Shown here piece by piece: positions 29,463 through 43,538 of a DNA stretch of 64,000 bases. Source of the DNA: the human T2T-CHM13v2.0 reference genome, Homo sapiens. The notes beneath the pieces were generated by a model. It was not told the DNA's origin and did no database searches. It saw only the letters and a list, made by a program, of their open reading frames with translations. The DNA lies in assembly GCF_009914755.1 (NCBI RefSeq), contig NC_060928.1; one strand, given 5' to 3'. The translations under genes were made by a program, and so were the position numbers. Every line of letters begins with the position of its first letter. The first letter of the stretch is position 1.

Positions 29463-31639
29463 GTTAGAATTTGAAGTTTTGTAGTTACAATAAAGTTCAG
29501 ATTTTAGCAATTGGAGTCATCTGATGAAGTTACCTATGAGTAATATTTCAATGAATTTTGGGACCAAATTTTATTCATCTTCTATCTGGAAGTAGAAGTT
29601 ACACATGATACTGAGTTATCTTTTGTTATCAGCATTTTTGCCTGTATATGCATGTATGAGTCCAAATGTGTGGGGGGATGATGTTTGTGTTATAGGGTAA
29701 ATTGTAAAAGACTGTTAAAAAGTAAATAAATTTGACTTCCAGAATGATGCATATTTAATAGCAATATTACACATATAACATAGAAACACATGTACTGTAA
29801 AAACAGTAACTTCTGGTTAGTAAACTGATTGGCGAATGTGGTGGAATTGGGGAGGAAGGAAAGTCTTCAGTTTGTTTTTCCCTTACTGCTGTATGCACTG
29901 GTCAACTACGATGACCAACAGTGATCATGTTTCCAATGATCTTCAGAAAGGTTTCTCCCATCCAGGCTGTAAATTATTTGAAAAACATATTACAAATATA
30001 CTGGAACATGTAATCAGGAGGAAATTACTTAAGATTTACAGTCATCTGATACATAAGTTGACTTTAAGGAGATTAATGATTATTTATCTTTATTTGAGAT
30101 AGTTTATATTTTCTCTGGATATTTGTCCCATTTTTTAATAAATTCAAGTCACTACCAATATGGTACTCTAATATTGCAATTACAACTGTCCAGAATCTAA
30201 AATAATATATAAAATTATTTTAATCCACTCAAATCAATATGATTTCTTCATTAAATATTTAAGTGTGTTCAGCTAATATGTCTTTAAAAGTATACATTTT
30301 TGTAACACATTTTTCAACCATCGTTGAAGCATTATAGGGATTTTGAAGTTTAGTGTGCTGTATACCACTAACTGGCCATATTTATTGAAGTGCCAAGTAA
30401 TATAATACCTTTTCTTTAACTTAAATATCAAATTACTACTGGAGACCCGCTATGTCAAAGCAATAATATAAGCATTGCTATTTTAATTTGATTTTCTTTT
30501 ACTTTAAACTTTAATGCAGAAAATAGGAATTTGTTAACTTACATTGGAAAAAATATTTTGTGGTATTCATTTTTTTCTAAATTAAATGCAAATTAAATTA
30601 TCCAAAATTCTTTCTATTTTTTCTTCTGTAGATTAAATTCATTCTCTTAACCCTGCTTTGCAACAAAACTTGTCTTTTTAGAAATTATGATTGCTTATTA
30701 AATTGAAGTCACCTACCTGTACAATAGCAACACAAACATAGCACAAATATTCAAACCTAAAAATAATATTTCTATCATAAGAACATCTGATACATACTGA
30801 ATTTTTTTTCATGATTTGAATAGTGTGTAGATTTCTATTGTACCCTTTTTATGTATGTTTCAAAATGTTAGAATGAAAATTTATTTCTATTTTGAGGGAA
30901 CTTAGCCTTACATGAGGAAGCAAGAAAGTACATATTTACGGCGAAGGTAAAGTTTTCCACAAAACAAATGTTTTCCATGCAGCTAGGAATCAAGTGGGAG
31001 CTGCGTTACCAAGCATGAGTTACGTAGTTGTTAGGTGATGATTAATAGACAGTAGTTGGTGCCAGACTCCAACTGCTACATCTTGAAGACCAGCTATGGT
31101 AAAAAGATGGAATGGGTTTTGTCTGGAGGAAGTATGGCAAAATAGACATAGTTTTTATTTAAAAGAAACTCATTCATGAGTACCAATGAGACACTTTCAT
31201 GGGCCAACAGAAATGCTGAAAAGTATTTCGTTAAGAAGGGAGGATGCAGTATGAAATATTAAGTATATTTTAATATTAGGTTAATATGGCCTCATTTGAG
31301 CCTGGAGAATATCAGTTATGAATGGCATAATCTTTTTTTCTTTAAGTTTGTCATCTTACTTCAGGTAATGCTATCAATGTTTCCTACTAAATTCAGAATG
31401 CATTTTGGGCATTTTTTCCCATTTAATTAAGTGTTCTTCTGAAACATTGTGTAAGGATTGTATTATGCTCTATTGAATACTCAAAACGAACTTCAAGTAT
31501 TCTTGACAGTAAAGTCAGAAATTAGATTGTTCTGCGTCTTAATATACCATAAGCCAACATCATGAAAAAATCCTTCAGAATGTATTTGTAGAAGTGTAAT
31601 TACTGTTCCAAATGTTAGTATGTATCTAATGCCTTTTGA

Positions 31640-32220
31640 TTCATGTTAATTTGTTTCTTTCTATATATATATTGGACAATTTATACTCCCACACATAGTA
31701 AATCAAAATGACTTTGCTACCATTCTACCACTGATAATGGAGTATTTTGTTTATATGTGTGTGAGTGTGGGTGTGTGTGTATTGTTAATGTATTAAATTT
31801 TAAAAATTATCTCATTTGTTTTTATTTGTGAATAAAATTGATGTGAATTTTTTATATTGCTGGTCTTTGGTATTTTCTTTTGCACACTTATAGATCCAAC
31901 TTTTGTTCATTTTGATTGGGTTGTTGAAAATGTGTTTATTAAAACTATTAATTGTTTGCATGACATGTGTTTGGTATTTTTTCTTCCTCTTTGCCCTTTA
32001 ATTTTAAATCTATATAGAAACTTGCTACTTTATATAATTAAACATACATTTTATTCTTTTATACTTTATGTTTTAAAAAGTAGTTACCTAAGTTATATTG
32101 TAAAGCACTTTGTACTTCATTTTAATCTATAATACATCTGAAATTTAATTTTGTGTGTGGTTTAAAATAGGCATTAATTTTATTTATAATTTTTCAGAGC
32201 TAACCACTTTCTTAGAGCTA
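31640..32220 (-). mobile_element. Ancient LINE-1 (L1ME-type) fragment
   Basis: tatctcatt.gtttt.atttg, catttt..tctataatacatctgaaatttaattttgtgtgtgg. Confidence 0.5.
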
Positions 32221-34697
32221 CAAGGTGTCTGTAAGTCTGCCTTTCCTATATACCTGGAAAATGGAGAAAAGGATAAGGGTGAATGGTATTAGTTTCTCAA
32301 ACATTCATTCATTCATTAAAACATCTTTTCACCTGTTCTTGGAGAGCAGAGAATAATTCCAAAGTTTGGTTTATGTGAAAATCAATACAGCTGTCTTGTT
32401 ATTCTGACACAGCCACTATTGAGGTCAAGGCCAAAATCTTGTGACTATATAGTGAGCACACTCACATAAAAAAGAGAAAATGTGTGGAAATAAGAGAGAC
32501 ATGCATGATTTGCATATATATGTGCATTATATATAACATATATATATGCATATAAAACTACATTTCACATCAATCAGGAAAAGGCCCATTTAGCATTTCT
32601 GACATGCCTTTAGCATAGCTGAAATATATGAATTTTATATTAATATTATTATTTTTATTCAAGGTAATCATAAAAGTTATTTTAAAATAATAATTTGCTT
32701 GCAGACTGAAATATTATCACTTTAGAAGAATCTCGAATCTAAAGTTATGCATCTGATTTCTCTAATTTTTACTGCTATGTTGATAACAGCTTATTTATAA
32801 GAAAAAGCATCATTTTTTGAAACATTAACAGTTGTGTCCTTTGATAGAGAATATCACATTAATATTTGGACATGCTGTGTATTGCATGTAATCTTCAGTT
32901 GCCTGATGATTTCCTGGAGGGAACTGGGCCACTAAAATATTTGTTTTAAAATGCATGTACAATGGATTGCAAAACAAATATATATGCATACGTATATAAG
33001 CAAATACATGTTCATGTATGCACACAGACACACAAATACAAATATTTCAATAATGTTAATCTGGGCAACATTTTTCTGTCTGAGTAATGTATTGTGACTA
33101 CTAATCTAATATGTGCACAAAGACATATATACATTTATATTATTTTTATATTGCATATATATGTTAATTAGAGACTTTAGAAAAAATTTGCAATTTGTGA
33201 CCATTAATCATTAACTGGTTATTTTGAAGACCATGAAGTGAGGTAAAAGTCTAGTTAATTTTTCCATTACCAAATATTTATAATATTGAAACATTTAAAT
33301 ACATTTAAAATGGTGTTAGAAAGGAGAGAGATGGGGATAAGCAAATACACAAAAACAGATTGCACAAAATAAATAAGGACAATACGGGAATTTTCATAGA
33401 ACACTAAGAAGACGTGACACTAATCCATACATTTATATATGGTAGATTAAATATCTTAGTTTTTGAAACTTCTTAATAATTCACACTTTTTAACTTTTGT
33501 GTACATTTGTACATTAAAAGAGTTTTTTAGTATAAAGATAAGAAGCAGGAGACCCGAATGTGGGCTGCCCAGCTATCTGATTTTAGAAATTAATTTCAGA
33601 AAGCTAACACCTTGTATTTTTCGATAAGCCCAGATATAAATGAACTACAACAAAAGTAGTAGCTTATTATAGAATGCATATTACGAGACTAAATACTAAG
33701 TGAAAATATATTCAAAATATTATGGACTATAGAAAAATGTTGAAATTATGATGATAAAGGAAGGCCTTCTTAGAATACTTAGGCTAATAATTGGTATAGG
33801 AAGAACACATAATTTCTGGCCAGATATTTCTAAAAACTAAAGTAATGCAAATAAATGAATATCAGTAATATCATTTTATATTTTAACTAAACTTATTTAA
33901 AGAAAAATATTAGCACAATGCTATGCTGTATTACTAATAACAGAATATATAAATACAAAATTAAAATAATTTCAAACTAATGTCTTGTGGCATGCTCCCA
34001 TACTTAGCGTTACATGATTTTAAAAAGGCCTCTCTACATCATTTGCCCATTGCTAAATTATACTCTGGTATTTTACTTAAGTTACTTTAATAAAATGTAT
34101 TCATGATGTATTGTAATAGTACTGTAGATGCAGGAAACTGCATGAATTAGCATTATGGTTTTGTCTCTATTCATCACCAATTTCGTCTTTTATAAACTAA
34201 AGAAAAATAGGAAAATGAGAGAGAAAGCTCTTAGGCCTGTCAAGATTAATTGCACTGCCAGTGTTGTTAATCTTTCTATATTCAAAAGAGTACAAAAAGA
34301 AAGCTCCTAAAACAAAATGCAGATGAAAATGTCATCAAGAATCCCAAAAGTACTCATAGAATTATTGATGAAACCCTAATACCCACTCTTCAGGGACAAT
34401 TTTTTAACATTTAAACTTCAGAGTTCCCTGAGAGGAGGCTTTTTTGGAAGCAAGCTGTGGACATCTGGAGTCAGTGTTTTGCATTAACAGTGTTTGGTGA
34501 AGTGTGGGTGGATGTTAGCATCTCTTTTCTTTAGAAACGTTTTGGAACGCTACTGTACAATACTCTGCAGAACAGGCAGATTCCTGTAATTACATCGCGT
34601 AAGCCCTCCCATTGCAGGCAGCAGAGATTTTACACACAGAGCAAGTGAAAGGCTCTATTTTCAGGGACCATTTCTTTAATGAGTAACAAGAGTGGTG

Positions 34698-34915
34698 AAA
34701 TAATAGCGTCTTTTATTTATAGAGTTCCTTAGTTCAAAGAACTCAAAGGAAGCAGTAGTCATGATCTCATAAACACGCAAAGCAGCTCTGTGAGAAAACA
34801 TAGAACCAATAACCACATTCTGCATACAGAGGAACTTGGGCCTAGAAAGTTCTGTGTAAGACCCAATTATCTTTATGGTCTTATGTGATGGGAAGAGTGC
34901 TGGGAATACAGCACT
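34698..34915 (-). mobile_element. Highly diverged CORE-SINE (MIR3/MIR1_Amn-like)
   Basis: aataatagc...tttatttatagag...tcaaag...atctcat...ctgtgag...cattctgcatacagaggaactt.ggc aligns by eye to the antisense MIR tail and core. Confidence 0.4.
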
Positions 34916-36139
34916 GTGAGGCCACCACTGCACAAAGCAGTAATGCTCAACTGCCTCCCAGGCAGCCCTCTGGAGGTTGCTGATTACACAAGGTGGCTGA
35001 AGTTGGTTTTTGATTCCATAGCCAATTCCCCAACCCCTACAAACCCATAGAGGTTTTCTTACATAAGACAAAAGTCATAATCATGATAAATTTTCTAAAC
35101 GTGATTTCCAGAAAGGCTTAAATATCATCTTTCTATTAAGGTGATGTTTCATTTGTTTTATGTATTGCCTAAGATAAGGTAATGTCATGATTTGATTGGG
35201 TCTAAAAGAGTGGTAGTATTTTGCTATAGTTATAATAATTTTTAGGTTAATATAAAATCTATGTGCTGGGGAAAAGATTTAGAGAGGTATTTAGTAAAGG
35301 TTGTAGGATGTACTTAATTGCAAATGCCAAGTTCATTCATTTTCTCTGTTTTTGACCAAAAAAAAAAAAAGTGAAATCCTAAGTTAGTGGTACCCATGAA
35401 GTCCTAGAGATAAGAATCAAAGATAAAGAGTATGGATAGGCAATTACATTTTATTAGCCTTAGAAAGGAATTAGATAATGCCTCCATAATAGATTACCCC
35501 ATGTCAGATTTTCCTATGTTTTCATATACATTCTCCTGAATTGATTTTCACAAAGTACTAATGATTGGGTCCTGCTCCTTCAACGTCCATGGATGTGCTT
35601 CTGGAGAATCCTGAAGCCTATAACTATTTAAGCATTCTAAATGCCTGATTCTCACACCTAAGAGATATGTTCACTGACTTGAAGATCTCTATTTAAATAA
35701 TATTATTTTTCACTTAGAATGCTTAAGAATAATTTCTATATTTATGATTCAAAATTTAGTTTTCAAAATTTAAGATTTAAAAATGTTTAAGACAAGAGCA
35801 CTTTAACTTAAAATAAACATATATTAATAGGTATCATTAAGCATGAATGTTTAGATGCCACAGCTAAGTTATGACACTAATTTTAGGGCCCTCTATTCCT
35901 AGAAAACTCACAGCATTTCTGAAATTTTCTAAAGCTGTAAAATGAAGATATTTATTAAGGTTATTTCATTAAGCTAGTGGAGTGACCATTTAAATACTAG
36001 CACTCAATGCTTCAATAATTTCCAGTTTCCATGGAGAAAGCAGAACAATGATTGGTTCACAACAAGTTTGGGAAGGAAAATATTTAAGTAACTTCTATCA
36101 GTGATGTGAATAAAATTCAGATCATCAATTGTATTCTAA

Positions 36140-36305
36140 GCTAAAAATGGCCTAAACGATGAACTTGTCTAACCCCTTTCTATTTTATTATACTTGCAAA
36201 CCACTGAACCAGATACCAGAGTGTCATACAGCACAGAGGTCAAATGATTCATTCGTGGCCACATGCTTCCAGATATCAGAATGTGGAATTCGATTCAATC
36301 CACTG
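36140..36305 (-). mobile_element. MIR fragment
   Basis: gtctaacccct..cattttat, gcacagaggtcaaatgatt...ggccaca...cagaatgtggaattcga. Confidence 0.45.
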
Positions 36306-37224
36306 CGGTACCCATCCAGAACTGTATAATTAATGTGCCATATAAAGTTTAGAAAATTATTTAAATTGTATTGCAAATAAGAATCTTAAGCATTGCCTAA
36401 AGTCTAGCTACTTTATTTTTCCTCCTTTTGGGAGATGTCAGAATTATGTCTTTTTGTTTTGTTTTGTTTTTGCTTTTCACTTTCATAAAATAACTTAAGG
36501 TCTCTACATCACAAAATCTGTTTATAGGTTACTGTATGTTATTACTGTCAGTAGTCACTTGAATCCTCTAGAAATAAAAATATTGCACAAAGTGGTAGAA
36601 TGATGACCCTGATTCTCCATGTATTCTCTCAAGCCAAATAATGATAGGTTTGAAAGTCGGAACTGTATGATGCAATGTATCCTTAAATTCAAACTTACTT
36701 TTGCTCAAAAAATATTCTTAATATTAAATGAGATGATTTATGTAAATGTCTAACACACAATAAATACTAAAATAGTTAGGTTGCCTTCTCTTTTACTTAT
36801 GTGTAGGAAAACCTGGCATAGTGAATAACAGCCTGACTTTTGTAGTTTATTTTTAAAATTACAATCCCCATAAAATAACAAATTTTATTACTGAAGTGTG
36901 TTTGTGTACAAGACTTTGACTGGAATTTGAATTAATTATGTTTAGTTAGAAGATATGAATGGAGGTATAACCTAGGTTGTTTCATATAAAGTAAAACCTA
37001 ATATTTATACCCTACGATTTTAAGTGAAGTACACAGTGAAAGTTATGCTACCCAAAGTGATTACATTTTGGGCTGAATTAAATTGAAAAGGCTTAAATAT
37101 ACACACATCCTTAATATAAAATATTTCTAGGAGCTATTGGTCTTAGCATTGAGCAACCACACCAGATCCCTGCAGGAAACAATTTCATGTGTCTGTGTAC
37201 ACAAATTTGAGTGAATACCCTCTT

Positions 37225-37720
37225 ACATTTGTTATCTATTGCTGTATAACAAACTGCCACATGATCACTTAAGGCAACGCACATACACACATTTGTTATC
37301 CCATAACTTCTTTCTGTGGTTCAGGAATCTGCACATTGTTAAGCTGGGCCCTCTACTTTGCAATCACTCACAAGGCTGCAATAAAGGTATTGGCCTACGG
37401 TCTGTACTTTCATCTGAAGCCTCAAGTGTTGAAGGCTGTACTTTTTAAGCTCACTCAATAGTGGTTGGCAGCATTCACTTCCTCACAGTTCTTTATCATG
37501 TGGACCTCTGCAAACTGGCAGAGGGCTTTATCAAAGTCAGCAAGAAAGAGTCTTCTAAAGAGAGGAAGTCAAAATGTTTTGTGATCTTATCAGAGAAGAG
37601 GCATTCAATCACCTTTGTTGTATTCTATTGGTTAGTAGTAACTAGATTTAGCCCCACACAAGGGCATGAAAACCAGGTCGTAGGGATCATGGAGAGGCAA
37701 CTTTGAAACCTGCTTACCAG
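37225..37720 (-). mobile_element. MaLR LTR (MLT1F-like)
   Basis: gttatctattgctgtataacaaact, tctgtgg.tcaggaatctg, aagctcactca..tggttggcagcattcacttcct, ttctattggttag. Confidence 0.85.
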
Positions 37721-38591
37721 GCTTCTTTAATGTGATACTTGAAACATTGACTTTATATCCAGAAAGTTAGGTGAGACTTAAGAATTTGTGTTAGGTTTAA
37801 GAGATAATGTAGAAAACTGAGGAGTAAATTATTCCACTGTGTTAAGTAAGTAGCTAAGGCATTTGTGACTTTATTCAGATTCGTATGAATTAAAAACTAG
37901 CTAAATCAGATAAAGAGTATAAGATAATTGGAATGCTTTAGTGCCTGTTGAAATTTACACATTGAGGACGTTTTTTAAAAAAGGGGAAAATGTATGATTA
38001 AAATTTATTTCGGTTCTTTTCTTTCTAATTTCTGTAGAGAAATCCATATATTTAACCATATCTGTCTGTGCATGCTTTGCTATCTTCTCGTATTTATATT
38101 CCAGCTTACTTTTCTACCTTTTATATGCCTTAACCAAGAGTTTAATATCACTTTGCCTCAGTTTCCTCATCTTTCGAATTAGATTATAAGGATGTTTAAA
38201 ACTAGATAATACACAAAATCCATATTTTGTAAATAACAGCTTTTATATTTTTCATATCTCAGATACTTCTTATGTTGGTGGACTAATTTGTTTATGTATA
38301 TCCAGTCAACAGCAAAGATTTACTAACTATTGATGTGATGCACAGTTGCTTCAATGCTTGTATGTACTGTGGATATTAGAGACAACAACATTAACATTTT
38401 TAGCATCATTGTGCTTGCTATTCTGGTGGTAGAAACGGGATGCTGTGGGAGCACAGAAAAGGGCATCTAATAGGCTAGCGTGTTAGCAAAGGTAACTTAT
38501 CTAAAATGATGAGCAATCCAGTGAATTTTTAAAAAAGTGGTATTTCCAAAAGAGAAAATTGCACATGAAATGGTTTCAAGGTATGTGACGT

Positions 38592-39164
38592 ATAGTGAAT
38601 GCTTCCAATTTCATGTTGCCTTGGCATTCATTTTAACTGTTGGTTTAGCTTTCTCCTGCCAGAGGCAGGACTCAGTCACCCTTGACACAGTTTGCAGTTC
38701 TACATCACATCCAAATGGCGTTAGCTGGTGGCCAGAGATAAGAACTTGGAGACATCTCTCTTGCCTAGCAGACTGGGCTCCTCTCTTTCCTGATGTTTCC
38801 TTTAAACGGACGATTCCGGCATCTAACTGTGAACTTAATGTAACCCACACCCTATTCTGCAGTATATACTGAGAATTGCCACGCTCTCCTCTTTTTTTCT
38901 CTGCCTGTGTTCCCTGACCTTTCTGTGGCCTCCCGGAACGCCATGTACCTCTCAAGGTCTGCAAGTACTAAAGCTCTTAATCATTCACATTGTAGTGGTG
39001 TCGTGGAAGTCCTGCCACAATCTGATCCCTGATGGGGAGGCTGCTTGATGGGATCTATGGAAGGGGGTTCCTTGCTGGTATGTTTTGTCTGGGCCTCGGC
39101 TGGATGCTGTTAACAGTAACTACCAGCTAAGTTGATGGAGAAGCTGAAAAGTTTTATTCAATAC
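38592..39164 (+). mobile_element. ERV1 solo LTR (MER67-like), probably inserted into an L2 relic
   Basis: tagtgaatgctt..aattt.atgttgccttggcat.catttt...cagg.ctcagtcacccttgacacagttt; ends ...ttcaataca. Confidence 0.75.
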
Positions 39165-41727
39165 AAGAGCTATAATTCATTCAGTAAAAGTAAATTGCTT
39201 CTTAAAACTCATAAAGGAGTATATGTGGAGAGCTCATAGCAGGTGAATCCAGAAGGGTAGGAAGAATGAAACTCATGAAGGGCTTTGTGTGCTTATCAAG
39301 GAATTACAGATTTCATCCAAAGAAAAGATAGTAAAAATTCATGTTTTCTTTAAGAATAAAAAAAACACATTATCATATTTGATTGATTTAAAATAAAATC
39401 TTGAATATTATAGTATGTGTGTTTAAGAATTTTTTAACTATTCTGAATTGAGACTGGCTCTAGTCAGACTGAGGTTTGTATATTTAAAATAGAAGTTTTA
39501 GATATATAAGAGGTAGTTATATAGGATGGATAGAGGAAATGAGAAATGCTGGGTATTCCTAACCTTTTGCAATTTTTTGGAATGTATGTTGAGCTAGTTT
39601 TTGATCTATAAAAAGTGATAAATTGAAAGAAGATAATTCTAAATATTTTCAATTATTTTTAAATAATCCAAAGCATAACAAAAAAATCATTGAGAGGAAA
39701 AAATGAACTCTAGTCTTAGCAGTAAATGATAAACCAATGTGAATCAGAAGAGATTCTAATTTACAGAGAAGCAAGAAATAAGTAAATATAAAAAACAAAT
39801 TTACTTTTGTAATAAAAGTGGTATAAAAACTCTATAATAAGTATAATGTCTACACAAAATCTATAGGGTACTCAGAAGTATCTAGGAGTTCTGGTAATTA
39901 ACTTTTCAAAGCAGTATATTTTATAATATGTAAATTAGATTTAATAAATTTTTTCAAAAATATGTTTAAAAATGAATAAAATTCATACACATTACTCCTC
40001 TTTCCCCACATGTTCAAAAGGGGACAAGGATATACTTTCATAAAATGACTAGAAATTAAAAATAAGAGTGGGGAGACTGTCACCTTACCAATCAATATGG
40101 GATCTATAGATCTTGGAAAATCAGAGAGATAGCAAGAGAGTAAGAGAGAGATAGAGAACGAAAATATGCAAAATATGGCAACAGTTTCAATGTGAATACA
40201 TTCTGATGCCATCAGTTTAATTTTTCCATCCTGCTGAATGTTATCATTTAGTTGGATATATTTTTTCCTTTATATTTAACTAATATGCTTTCAATTCTCT
40301 TCTATTTTCCAAAGATACTCATTCACAACAACAGAAATTTCTGTAATGACTTACAGACCTTATGATTGCTACTAATGTACATTATATAATTTATATTTAA
40401 TAATTTAAGAACTTGTGACAATAGAGATAATTCAACTGTTTTGAGAAAAAAATAATTCCAAGCCATAATATAAATAGATATATTCTGTAATTAATACTAT
40501 TCCTGTTTTACTTCATCGCTAATCAAATAAAGAGCATATGAATTCTAGAATTATCCACTCTTCCTTACTTTCAGCATCAGCCTTCCAGAGCCCAAAGAAT
40601 GGTTAAAATTTTGAAGAAAAGAGATACTAGGTACTAATGTCAGAGAACTGTGATTTTGCCTTAGGCAACATTCCCTCTTAGGTAAAAACATGAAACATCA
40701 TAGACATTGGCTTCCCAGACATTTCCATGACAGTGTCACTAATGGTAACGTAGATAAATCCATATTTTTAGGATTCTGAAGAAATAAATTAAAGGGGCTT
40801 TTTAAAAATTAATAATAATGCAAACTTTTTATTCTATTAACTCTGTTACTGTAACACAACATACTCAAATGTGAAAACATAACATGACATAGCAAAACCT
40901 AACCTATTTTAAATTACTCAATCTTAGACATGAGTAATTTTCTTGCTGTTTATTAGATTGATATTAAATTCTATTATATTATGTTTCTAGATTTTAGACT
41001 GTTTGGTTCAATTAAAAAGAATTGATACTCTATCAAGGCCAACAATTGGGAAATTTCTCAGTCTTGCTATCATATTTCAGAGATACAAACTCACCAAATA
41101 AGTAGACACAAATGACAAGTATTTCTCCCACTACTTTTTGATCTGTATCAAGAGAATTTCTAAGAAGAGATGCACAGAGTGTTGCTGAAGAGTTGGCATT
41201 TGGGCATACTTTCATACTACTTTTGATAGAAATCTCAAAAAGTATATTTTCTTGCTGTAAGGCAAAAAACCTCTCAGTCACAGCTTGGTCTCTCAAGGAA
41301 ATAGTTCCTAAATTTTTTTTCGAAGAAGAAAATTAACTACTAATGGGATGTGTTTAACTACAGATTAAAAAATTTTTCAGCTCAAAAAATGAACAAATTT
41401 CTTTCTGTTTTTATAATGTGGTTATATGAAGATGCATTACCAGAAAATACCTTGCATCCTATTGACAGATAAACCTGCCTAACCTGGATTAAAGTATTCT
41501 TATTTGTTATCTTCATATTCAATATTGTGAGGTTTACTTGTATTCAGAGATACCATTATCCTAAATACATGCAAGACCAATAAAATGGCTATGTTACTTG
41601 ATCTCATTAAACTCAAAGGAACAGGTTGAATATAGTCTACTCAGTCAATTGGTTAAGCCTACTATTGGCCATACTAAAGTGCAGATTTTTTCAACATAGC
41701 CAAAATATCTTTATTAATTTGAAATAG

Positions 41728-42325
41728 ATTTTTTTAACTATTAAGTTGTGGAGTACATGCACAGGATATGCAGTTTTGTTACATAGGTAAACGTGTCATG
41801 GGAGTTGGTTGTATTAATTATTTCCTCACCCAGGTATTTAGCCTAGTATCCACTAGTTTTTTCCTGACCCTCCTAAAGTCAGAAATACTATTCAATCCAG
41901 TAATCCCTTTACTGGGTATATACCTAAAGGAATCAAAGGAATATATATCATTCTGTTCTAAAGACACATGCACATGAATGTTCATTGCAGCACTATTCTC
42001 AATAGCAAAGACATAGATTCAACCTAAATGCACATCAATGATACACTGGACAAAGAAAATGTGGTATATCTACAAAATGGAATACTATGCAGCCATTAAA
42101 AGGAATGAGATCATGTCTTTTTCAGGGACATGGATGGAGCTGGAGGCCATTGTCCTTAGCAAACTAACTCAGGAACATAACACCAAATACCGCATGCTCT
42201 CACTTATAAATGGGAGTTAAATGATGAGAACACATGAACACATACGGGGGAACAACACACAGGGGCCTATCAGAGGGTGGAGAGTGGGAGGAGGGAGAGG
42301 ATCAGGAAAAATAACTAATGGATAA
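41728..42325 (-). mobile_element. Short L1PA11-13-type element with 5' inversion (41728-41872 antisense 3' end; 41873-42325 on +)
   Basis: Antisense tgttacataggtaaacgtgtcatgg...cacccaggtatt.agcctagta; sense ORF2 C-terminus ([25 protein letters not shown]) into gaggatcaggaaaaataactaatgg. Confidence 0.88.
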
Positions 42326-42465
42326 AGTGTATATTTTAATGCTGTGATTGTCTTGACAGAGGATGTGCAGTTAAGGACACTGGTGAAATTAGGATAAACT
42401 TAGTGTGTGACTTGCCATTTTACTCCTCACTTCTAATATTTTTCAATGGTAATTTTATCAGATTT

Positions 42466-43237
42466 TGTGATGCTTAATATTGAGTGTCAACTTGATTGTG
42501 TCGAACGATGCAAAGTATTGTTCCTGGGTGTGTCTGTGAGGGTGTTGCAAACAGAGATTAACATTTGAGTCAGTGGACTTGGAAAGGCAGACCCACCCTT
42601 AATCTGGGTGGGCACAATCTAATCAGCTGCTAGCCTGGCTAGAATAAAAGCAGGCAGAAAAGCATGGAAAGACTAGACCAGTTTAGTCTTCTAGTCTATG
42701 TCTTTCTCCTGTGCTGGATGTTTCTTGCCCTCGAACATCAGACTCCAAGTTATTCAGCTTTGGCACTCGGACTGTCTTCCTTTCTCCTCTACTTGCAGAT
42801 GGCCCATTGTGGGACCTCACCTTGTGATTGCATGAGTCAATACTCCTTTACAAACTCCCCTTTAGGCTGAGTGCAGTGGCTTGTGCTTGTAATCCCAGCA
42901 CTTTGGGAGGCCAAGGCAAATGGATTACCTGAGGTCAGGAGTTCGAGACCAGCCTTACCAATATGATGCAATCCTATCTCCACTAAAATTACAAAAATTA
43001 GCTGGGCATGGTGGCACACACCTGTAGTCCCAGCTATTTGGGATGCTCAGGCAAGAGAATTGCTTGAACATGGGAGGCAGAGGTTGCAGTGAGCCAAGAT
43101 TACGCCACTTCACTCCAGCTTGGGCTACAGAGCAAAACTCCATCTCAAAAAATAAAAAAATAATAATAAATAAACTCCCCTTTATGTATACATCTATCCT
43201 ATTAGTTCTACCCCTATAGAGAACTCTGCCTAACACA
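42466..43237 (+). mobile_element. MLT2A1-type HERV-L solo LTR with an Alu inserted near its 3' end
   Basis: tgtgatg.ttaata.tgagtgtcaacttgattg...ctaacaca; 5-bp TSD gattt at 42461-42465 and 43238-43242. Confidence 0.92.
42865..43171 (+). mobile_element. AluS
   Basis: Full Alu; 13-bp TSD aaactccccttta at 42852-42864 and 43172-43184. Confidence 0.95.
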
Positions 43238-43373
43238 GATTTCCAAATAGAAAAAAAAAGTATTGAAATGTTCTGTCACTTCAGTTGTGTAAATTTTTAA
43301 AAAATTATTTTATATCCACATAAAACATAATACTATCTGACACAGTATGTGGTTTTCACCCTGCCCATTCTTG

Positions 43374-43538
43374 TTATATATATACATATATACACATATG
43401 CAAGATATATATATACAATATATATATGCGAGATATATATATACAATATATATATGCGAGATATATATATGCAATATATATGCGAGATATATATATGCAA
43501 TATATATATATGTGAGATATATATGTGTGTGTGTGTGT
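43374..43538. repeat. TA-derived minisatellite (unit about 26-28 bp, gcgagatatatatat[a/g]caatatatat) ending in (TG)n
   Basis: About 4-5 imperfect units visible; the tract occupies the tail position of the adjacent minus-strand Alu. Confidence 0.9.

Noticed and set aside
30880-30955. Possible short exon (NLALHEEARKYIFTAK followed by AAG|GTAAAG)
   Set aside because: Weak GAG acceptor, no recognisable protein and no partner exons.
34676-35071. 131-aa minus-strand ORF
   Set aside because: No recognisable domain, non-ATG start, overlaps a SINE relic; length is compatible with chance.
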